DNA of 26,828 nucleotides from Selaginella moellendorffii (lineage: Eukaryota > Plantae > Lycopodiophyta). Under the pieces are notes generated by a model. It worked only from the letters and a program-made list of their open reading frames with translations, ran no database searches and had not been told where the DNA came from. The stretch spans positions 432,438 to 459,265 of the forward strand of contig NW_003314382.1 in NCBI RefSeq assembly GCF_000143415.4, read 5' to 3'. Shown here in pieces: positions 18,301 to 26,828 of the stretch; within the stretch, counting starts at the first letter, position 1; the number at the start of each line of letters is the position of its first letter. The position numbers and the translations under genes were made by a program.

Positions 18301-19470
18301 CAAGTACCTCTTGGCAACTCTGTTAAGGTGCCAGGGTGAGATCACTAGGTGATCTTATGGCCAGATAAGGACAAGGTCCTTGGTTGGCTAAGGAATGAAG
18401 TTCTTAGTTCAAAATGTTGAAATTGAACTGTTTAAGGTGGTGTGGCTTGGTCGTGATGACCAAGTGGGAAGAGCACCTAAGGGAAATAAACTATGTCCGT
18501 GCGATGGCATAGTGAGTCCGAGGAAAGTAGTCTCTATAAAAGACCCATGGGAGGGTCACGAAGTTGGGCCGTGGATAGAGCCTATAGCAGAAGATGCTAA
18601 AGAGACGTACTAGGGGTGAACATCCTCCGGACTTGGCAAAGAAGAGTCTTTGCTATGGAACCGAAACAATACCTCAAGGAGGGAGGTAGAGATTCGATGT
18701 TGCTTGGTGCAACAATCAACGGATAGGAGCAAAAGATGAGTGGCCAAGATAGGGCCGTGGAATCCCTTGGAAGGAATCCAAGTGACAAAGTTAGGCGAGG
18801 AACACTAATGTGTTGGACGCTAACAAGTTGCGGAAAAGGAAGTGTGTTTCCAAGGAGGGATTCCGAAATGCTCCGATTTGGCGAAAGTGGAAGCTCCAAG
18901 GGAGGGAGCGGTAAGGTAGCCAAATGATAGGGCCATGAACAGCCCTAGCACAAAGTATGATAACTGGAACTTTGGCACGAAATAAAAGAGAGGATGATGG
19001 TGCCCTCGAGTAGAGAACTTCCTAGGATGGGAAGTGGAGTTGCACAAAAGGTGCAAGGCAAGGTGTCAGAGACACCTAGGAAATTGACTCCAAGAAGTCA
19101 AAATTCAAAATTCCAAAGTGCAAAGGTTATATCGATGGAAATTGAGACTACTCGAGAAGGAGTAGTGGGATTGACTTAGAGAAGGGTCTCTAAGAGGTTT
19201 AGCGAGAACTAAACCAATAAAAGGAGAGAACCACTATATGTGGTCCAATCAATCTCTAAGTTGGAAAGACTACCCTCCTTAGAGGATATGCAAAAGGCAT
19301 GGTGAGCCTTCAATGTCCAACCATTGACGAATATGGAGAAGGCATGGTGAGCCTTCAATGTCACACCATTGACAAATATTGGCTACGCGCCAAGGATGGA
19401 AATGGTAACACATGCGGGTGTTACTTTATAAAATGGTTCACCGTTCGATGAGGACATCGAACTTCGTCTA
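15399..19470 (+). pseudogene. Non-coding internal region, possibly a heavily eroded pol remnant
   Basis: Only short ORFs. Faint similarity to the Gypsy pre-RT region (EVYSNEVVPHKWDL at about 16030) and a Gypsy-like tail before the PPT. Confidence 0.4.
19294..19374. repeat. Short direct duplication near the 3' end of the internal region
   Basis: AAGGCATGGTGAGCCTTCAATGTC..ACCATTGAC occurs twice. Confidence 0.85.
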
Positions 19471-19483
19471 TGGGTGGTGGAGT
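19471..19483 (+). other. Polypurine tract of the nested element
   Basis: TGGGTGGTGGAGT immediately before the 3' LTR. Confidence 0.75.
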
Positions 19484-21101
19484 TGTGAGACACAAAATCC
19501 CTAGGCCCCAAAGTGGAGCCGGAAGGGCGCCACATGGTAGTGGCCGAAGCGAGAGCCAAACGAGCGTAACACGTTTGGACCAAAAGCTCTGACTTGAAAA
19601 GTCAAGAGCGGGAGTGGAACTCCCAACGAAGTGCTCGAGGAACGAGCACGAAGCGAGCAAAAAGCAAGGCTCCAAAAAGGGACCCAAAAGGACCAACACA
19701 TGACACGTGGGAGTGTCCGAGATGGACTCGAGTTGGAGTCCGAAGTGGAGTCCGAGATGGACCCAAGTTGGAGTCCGAAGTGGAGTCCGAGATGGACCCG
19801 AGTTGGAGTCCGAAGTGGAGTCCGAGACGGACCCGAGATGGAGTCCGAGATGGAGTCCGAAGTGGAGTTCGAGGTGGACCCGAGATGGACCCGAGTTGGA
19901 GTCCGAAGTGGAGTCCGAGACCGGGACCGAGACCGAAACTGAGACCGAGATCGGGACCGAGACCGAGACCGAGGCCGAGGCCGAGGCCAAGACTGAGCCC
20001 GAGCCCGAGTCCGAGTCCGAATCCGAGTCCGAGTCCGAGTCCGAGTCCGAGTCCGAGTCCGAGTCCGAGTCCGAGTCCGGAGCCTGAGAGGGTGAAAGCC
20101 CAAAGCGTTCGTCTCCCAGACCCTGGGGGGTTTGGTGAGCTCCAAAAGTATAGTAGGGGGAGGACTGCAGTGGAGCCAGTTTGGCCAGGAAAGGCTAGTT
20201 TGGCCAGGAAAGGCCAGTTTGGCCCAGGAAGGCCGGACCCAGTGTTGGGTGATGAGCTGCCCACTGGGAAGTCCAAGACTAGAGTGAACACAGACCGACA
20301 AGCAGGGTAGCTTGGTGAAGTGTTCAAGAGCCGGCTCTAGTTCCCCCGGGAGATCGACTGGCCGATGCTCCCAGTCCAAGTGTGGGTGGCACTACCTACT
20401 TGGATACCTGATGTGGCTCAACGGAACCCGCTCTAAGCCCATGGCTAGAGCACCCAAGGGCAGAAGGCGAGGAGAGTACCCAGGTGGCTCGCGTAAGGCC
20501 ACGGTGTTCCGAAATGTTGTCCCAAAGGCCCAGACTGTGGAAAGGAAGAGGAGTAGTCCTCTGGGGTAGTGACCAAGGACACAGTCGTGTGGTGAGGAAG
20601 TCCCAGAGGACCGTGGGACTTAGTGGTCGGGCCTGTGGGTCTCGATCCAATGGCAGTGTTGGCAAACACGGCCAGGGGCAGAAAGGGACTTAGTGGGGAC
20701 TGACAGAGGGATATTGGGGAAGGCTATTCCCCTTGTCGGTGGGCATCCTAAGGATGCTAAGGAGTGGATCTGAGATGACCACTCACGGATGGTTTGCCTA
20801 GTCTTGGAGAGCCAAGACGGTGATGCAAGTGGTATTGGACTACCAGTGTGGCAAAGGTGATTGGGCATGGCCTTAGCGTAACGGGCTGCTATGTCGGTGG
20901 TACCTTTGAGTGTCGGTCATGGGATCGGACACGTGGTGCACTTGGACCAAGTGCAAATGTTGAGTGGCATGGATGCCATTCTCGGGGCTAGCAAGTCCCA
21001 AGTCCTGGATTGGACTTATGGAGGTTGTGAATGAGACTCTTCCAAGTGGTCAGAGGTGTGGTTAAGTGACTAAAGTAGAATGGAAAATTTAGTCCCTTAC
21101 A
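19484..21101 (+). repeat. 3' LTR of the nested element (1618 bp), with a shorter satellite array at about 19715-20079
   Basis: Copy of 13673-15383 with about 112 bp less array and one extra 19-bp unit. Confidence 0.95.
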
Positions 21102-24100
21102 CATAGCCTTTGCAAAGCTTTTCCAAAATCCACTAGTGAACTTTGAATCTCGATCACTAATGATATCCTCCGGCAAACCAAAATCAGGAAAAACCTTCTC
21201 CAAGTAAACCGCAGCCAAGTCTGAGGCAATGACAGTCTTCCGAAGAGCCAACAACCGCACATACTTCATCAACCGATCCACTATGACCCATACTTGCTCC
21301 TTTTGCCTCTGTGTTTGTGGCAAACAAGTGATGAAGTCCATAGAGATACTACACCAACGGCTCTAAGGAATAGGTAAAGGTTGCAAAAGTCCCCTCGGCT
21401 TCTCCTGTGGCACATTAACCCGCTGACAAAGCTCACATGATTTACAATACTTGAGGATATCAGCCTTTATATTCCTTCAATAAAAGTTGCGCTTAATCAA
21501 CTCATACGTCTTCTTCCCCCCAAAATGACCGGCCTCTAGACGATCGTGATAGTGGAATAAAACTTAAGTAATTAACGCATCCACCCGTGGCAAATATACA
21601 CGGCCATTGTAATAGAGAATCCCATCCACCAATGAGAAAGGAGCTTCCATTTGGTCTTGCAAAGAGGCCACCTCAGCATCCTGAGCCTGAGCATGCTCAA
21701 CCAACTGCCCAAACTCGTTAACCACCTTACTCAAATGATGACAAAATCATGTTTGTAACGTCGTCACATGATGAACACGAGATAACGCATCTGCCACCAC
21801 ATTTGATTTTCCTGGACGATGCTCAATAGGAAACTCCCCAAACTCCATGAGTTTGACCATCCAACGAGCTTGCCTAGTGTTCAACTCCTTCTGTGTGAAA
21901 AGATACACAAGTGGTTTGTGATCTGTCAACACCACGAACACTGCACCATAAAGATAGTGCCACCACGTCCGCAAAGCATAAACAATAGAGAGTAACTCTT
22001 GCTCATATGTGGAATAGCGTTGCTCAGCGGAATTCAAAGTTCGACTCTCATATGCAATAGGCTGTCCCTCTTGCATGAGAACTCCTCCCAGTGCATAACC
22101 ATTCGCATCGCATGTCACCTTGTAAGGTTTCGATGGATTAGCAATGCGAAGCACTGGAGTCTCGCTCAACAATCGCTTCAGCGCCACAAAACTCTCCTCT
22201 TGTGGCTTCTTTCATTCGAATGGCATATTCTTGCGTAACAACCGCGTCAAAGGAATAGCCACCTCTGCAAACTTATGCTGGAAACATCGGTAGTAACTAG
22301 CCATACCAAGAAAACTACACAACTCGGCCACCGTAGTCGGTGTAGGCTAGTTTTCCACCACAGCCACCTTCCTTGGATCTGTCTTGACACCCTTAGATGT
22401 CACAATATGGCCTAGATATTCCACCTTCGACTTTGCAAATTCACATTTGCTCTTCTTCGCATAAAGTTTGCTGTCCCGGAGTAACAAAAGAACCTTGCGC
22501 AAATGCACCCTATGCTCCTCCATATTCTTGCTAAAAACAAGAATATTGTCCAAGAAAATCTCCACAAACTCATAAAGATAATGCCCAAATACCTCTGTCA
22601 TCAACCGAGTAAATGTGGCCGGTGCATTCGTCAAACCAAACGGCATAACTGTAAACTCAAAATGTTCGAAGCTTGTATTGAATGCCTAGATGAGATAGAT
22701 GCATCATCCATTGCAATCTGATGATATCCACTCCGCAGATCAATCTTGGTAAACACTCGTGCTTCACCAAGCTTGTCCAAGATATCATCCACACGTGGCA
22801 TCGGCATCTTATCCTTCACTGTCTTCTTGTTCAAAGTGCGGTAGTCAATACACATCCGCATTGAACCATTCTTCTTCTTCACAAGCAAGACTGGAGCACC
22901 AAACGGAGACTTACTTGGCTGAATGAATCCAAATTTAAATAACTCCTTGACTTGTCGTTGAACTTCTTGCTCCTCCGCATAACTTAACTGAAATGGACGC
23001 CGGTAAATTGGTCGCGTCCCCGGCTCCAATGTAATCCCATGCTCCACACCTCATAACGGAGGCAATCCATGAGGAAGTTCAGATGGAAAAACATCAGAAA
23101 ACTCGTCCAGTACATCCCATACTGCTGCTTCTCCCCCACACGTGCCTTGGTCCCCCAAGTCATGAACAAACAGCAAGTAACTCGAAAGTGCTTTTCCATT
23201 ATGACAAGTCCGCTTCAAAGATGTAGCAGAGAGCATAACAACTGGTGGTTGAACGCCCTCGCCAAACCACCCATCTTTAACGCCACCATACTCCAGCGAG
23301 ATACGCTTAATACTCCACTTTATCTCTGGATCCACCTTCACCAACCATGGCATCCCGAGAATGAGATCCACACGATGGATATCTGCGAGATAAAAAGTCT
23401 CCACAAGTGTGGTTTTGCCAACCAACACTTCCAGCCCCTCGACACAAGCATCGAAATGCTAAGTAGAGGTAACTGCACCTTCCACTGTGTATGGAAGAAC
23501 GCCGCGTGTGACCAGGCCATGCTCTGCAACAAACTTTGCCGAAACAAAGTTGTCATCGCTCCCACTATCCAGTAAAATCCGCCCTGGATCGCCACGGAAC
23601 ACGCCCTCCAGCATTAAAGCTGATTCACGCGTATCCTCGAGCTCCATCTTGTTCCACACACAGTTGAGCTGACGAGCAACGATCGAAAGTCGCTTCCTCC
23701 GACTGGAATGGTTGTTCTCCTCATCCTCACGCTGCAAAGTTTGCAACTTTTTAGTATCTGACTTACCGTGAGAAGAAGATTGACCATTCTTCTTGTCCTG
23801 CTGCTTGTTCTTCAACTGCGGACAATCAGCCTTGTAGTGTCCAAGTTCGCCACAATGATGACAACCCTGTCTATAATTCTTCACAAAGAACTTCTGCTTC
23901 TTGGACCCCTTTGCATCTAAAGTAGTCACCACCGACTTCAACTTGTGATGCTTGTTCCCATCCTTGTGTCCACGGCGATCATCACGACGATTCTCGACAG
24001 AAGGACTCCGCGAACGCTTGCGAGACTTGTGCTTGTCATTGTCAAGTCGACGAGCTGCATCAAAGAGCTCCTCCAAACTCTTTGTAGGCTGAGAATGACG

Positions 24101-24769
24101 CAAGTGTTGTCGCATGCTCTCACTATGTAGGCCATCAATGAAGTAGGACTTGTTTTGATCTGGATCCTTCGTTAGAACACGACTAATCAAGCGAGTAAGC
24201 TTCTCAATATAGTCCCCGAGCGTCATTTTCCCTTGCTGAAAATGTCGAAGTTCCGTACGAGCATTCTCCACATCGTAATGAGGGGCAAAACATAAACGGA
24301 AAGTAGCCTTAAATTCATCCATGGTAGACACTGGTGGTTTCTTATCCGCAACACGGGACTCCTCAAGCCAATTCCACCATCGAAGACCCACATCACGCAA
24401 AACCATCGGAATAGCCACTAAAGCCTCTGCATCTGGAGTTCCTCTAGTAGCCAAGAACTTCTTCACATTGGCTAGCCAAGCGAGACACTCGTCCACACCA
24501 CTATCACTGGAAAAAGTTGGAATCTTGAGTCGATCTACCAAAGAAGGCTTACTTGGAGTGCTACCCCGTCCAGCCTCGAGTGCCTCAACACGCCCACGCA
24601 TGGTGTCCATCATGCCATGCATCTCGTCTTGCATCTCTTGCTGATTTTTATTAAGGGCTCACAGCTCATGAACCACATCTTGAATGGTCCAAATCTCCGC
24701 AGCTTCGTCGGCACCATCGTCGGCACCACCATCGACAATAGGATTCCAGCGTTTAGCTTGGTCGGCCAT
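21102..24769 (-). pseudogene. gag-pol of the outer Gypsy element (gag, CCHC knuckle, protease, RT, RNase H, integrase N-terminal part), with stops and frameshifts
   Basis: ATG at 24769. Motifs [69 protein letters not shown] (YLDD degenerated), VTCDANGYALGGVL, SMDFIT and IISDRDSKFTS. In-frame stops at e.g. 23459, 23051, 22347; frameshift near 22690. Confidence 0.95.
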
Positions 24770-24781
24770 CGCAACCAACTC

Positions 24782-24792
24782 CTCTGATACCA
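24782..24792 (-). other. Primer-binding site (tRNA-iMet) of the outer element
   Basis: TGGTATCAGAG on the minus strand, 1 nt from the 5' LTR. Confidence 0.93.
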
Positions 24793-24793
24793 A

Positions 24794-25008
24794 TGTTATG
24801 ATCCGGCGCAAAAAGACAGAGATTTAGTCACCCTAGACTATGCTACGCCACCTCTTGAGGTTCCTCACCACCCAACCACCCCCAAGCTACCTCAAAAGCT
24901 ACTATGAGCCCTAAGGTAGGTTAAGTCCCTTACCCTAACATGCCTTAATATACCCTTGAGCCTCCCTTTGACTGACGTTGACCACGTAGTCAAAGCTGGC
25001 ACCTAACA
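24794..25008 (-). repeat. 5' LTR of the outer Gypsy element (215 bp)
   Basis: Matches 12707-12921 with 8 scattered substitutions plus one 23-nt divergent block. Confidence 0.95.
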
Positions 25009-25772
25009 CCCCCCCCCATGAAAGGATACATGTGAGGCCCACAATCTCTCAAACACTAACCTATATACTACCAACACTATCATCTTCCATAACTATGATC
25101 TACTTAGGTCTTAGTTATAGATGCCTGATTGAAGATACCTTTGAGCATCATTGAAGATCCTCTATGCCATTTGGCCACCTTATCACATACCTTTAAACCA
25201 TATAGCACAAGTTTTAATTATTTCCCAACTTTTGGCAACACAAGCTAGACTAGTTGAATGGCTTTATTTGCCTCCATCTACAATGCTATATCCTTGTTGA
25301 GATGGAAGCTAACTTAGAGGAGGGATGAATATGCTTTAAGAATGCTAGTTGGTGGAGGTTTATAGACACTTCCAATTAACAAAATCTAGGAAGGATACAA
25401 ATCAAATCTAGGGTTAGTAGGAATCTAGTGTTCTTTTCGTTCTAACAAGGTGTAAAGCACAAGGAGTATTCATTAAGATCTCCTTATTGAACTATCTACT
25501 TTTAATATTTATCAATCAAAAAACATTATTAATCATTGAATAAACTCTAAACCTAAACTCTAAACTGGTATTATTATATAGATACAAACAAGAATAACAC
25601 TATTATTATAAATATAAGCCCAAAACAATATCATTTATCTTGTGTTATAGAGTTTATTGAAATTCTTGAAATTCTTCTCTTAATTTTTAATATATTTTAC
25701 TTATTTCTTATAATATTTAGCCTATTTATTTTTTTAATTTCTTATATATTATTTCTTGTTTCTTCTTCTGAA

Positions 25773-26171
25773 ATGTCTTATAAGAAAATTTATCTTCAAT
25801 TTTTTCTTGTATTAAGTTACTTCAGTTATTGTTATAATCAGAAATTTGATTGTAACTCTGATGACCCAGAACCACTTATGAAATGTATTTTAAATTGGTA
25901 TAGTGCTAAACATGGAGGAGATGTTAATATTTTTATTTATAGATCATCACAAAGTTTTAAATTTTCAAGTGATCCAAACCCTCAATTAGAAAATATAGAC
26001 TTTACAATTAATGATTATGATTATAAAGTGATAGTATTTGAAGGTTCAGCAAAATATGAATCTGAAGGATGGTATGGCTGGCATTTATGGTCATTTCAAG
26101 GTTGTTATAAACATGAAAAACACACTCTTGTTGAATTTTTTGAGATTAAGCCTCAATGCATTATACCTTAA
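25773..26171 (+). CDS. Small secreted protein, YvgO-like (132 aa, intronless)
   Basis: Open 132-codon frame in very AT-rich DNA, with an N-terminal signal-peptide-like segment. C-terminal YKVIVFEGSAKYESEGWYGWHLWSFQGCYKHEKHTLVEF resembles the YxVxVFxxGxFxNxGDGGWINWAFxG..VxF pattern I recall for YvgO-like proteins. Confidence 0.65.
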   Translation: MSYKKIYLQFFLVLSYFSYCYNQKFDCNSDDPEPLMKCILNWYSAKHGGDVNIFIYRSSQSFKFSSDPNPQLENIDFTINDYDYKVIVFEGSAKYESEGWYGWHLWSFQGCYKHEKHTLVEFFEIKPQCIIP

Positions 26172-26828
26172 AATATTAAGAAAAATTCTATTATATATTT
26201 TTATTTCTAAATTAATTCAGGTTTTAAATAATATTTTTTATATAATGATTTGATACTAATATTTATATTTTTTAATTTATTAAAAATTTCTAAATAGTTT
26301 TGTATTGTAATTTTATTAGTATTATAAGTTCTAAAGCAATATTAGTTAAAAACTGTTACAATTCCATAAACTTAACTAGAATATATTATTTTTATTTCAT
26401 GTTTCTTTGTAAATAGAAATTAGTTCTTTATCTCCTAGAACAAATATGGAAAACTTACCTCGATGAAACCAGCAAGACAACTTCACATTCGAGGAACGTA
26501 CTTTGTTCTATTGAGTGCAAAGTGGCACTTTAGTAACAAGATTGGGGTTTAAGTTAGTTGTGTCGCCACTCTAAAAATTTAGTGTGTTTTAAAGTTGTAC
26601 ATATGTTATATAACACTATTGTTTAAACTCTTGGCATCTATAGTAGCATATACAAAGATTTTAACTTGTTTACCCTGTTTTCTTTCTATTAATTTTTAAT
26701 AAATATTTTTTATACAATATTTAACTTTCTTTTCAATATTAAACCTCAAGATATAAGGAATGCATCTAGTGACATATAGATACTAAAACATTGGTGGGTA
26801 ATTGGTTGATTTTCCATACCAATATTTT

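Larger units (their letters stand above)
13673..21101 (+). mobile_element. Nested non-autonomous LTR retrotransposon (LARD-like, probably Gypsy-derived)
   Basis: Long TG...CA LTRs, TSD CATAG (13668-13672 and 21102-21106), PBS and PPT present, 4.1-kb internal region with no long ORF. Confidence 0.93.
12707..25008 (-). mobile_element. Ty3/Gypsy (chromovirus-like) LTR retrotransposon, decayed, containing a nested insertion
   Basis: 215-bp TG...CA LTRs, iMet PBS, PPT, domain order gag-PR-RT-RH-INT, CCCCC on both flanks. Confidence 0.95.

Overview
Eukaryotic DNA, most likely from a land plant (47-57 nt GT-AG introns, CCCTAAA repeats, iMet-primed Ty3/Gypsy elements). A compact-genome lycophyte or bryophyte such as Selaginella is my inference only. 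Three blocks: (1) 1-~12.4 kb is the right part of what looks like a very large DNA transposon with two divergent genes. One is an intact Sola1-like DDD transposase (+, 8162-11297) with SH3-like accessory domains. The other is an 11+-exon minus-strand gene (>1400 aa, running off the left edge) that I reconstruct as ParB/Srx-like domain + degenerate N4/N6-methyltransferase fold + disordered linker + HAD/FCP1-like phosphatase domain. This block alone carries about 28 copies of a 22-bp palindrome (ATGGCRTGWGGCCWCAYGCCAT), located in introns, exons, an in-frame insert of the transposase and long foldbacks. A ParB-like protein surrounded by parS-like palindromes is the most interesting candidate system here. 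(2) 12707-25008 is a decayed Ty3/Gypsy LTR retrotransposon (- strand) whose integrase is split by a younger non-autonomous LTR element (13673-21101, + strand, TSD CATAG) carrying a dense RNA-hairpin cluster. (3) An AT-rich flank holds an intronless small secreted-protein gene resembling the bacterial YvgO family. All domain calls come from motif recognition by eye; no searches were run.
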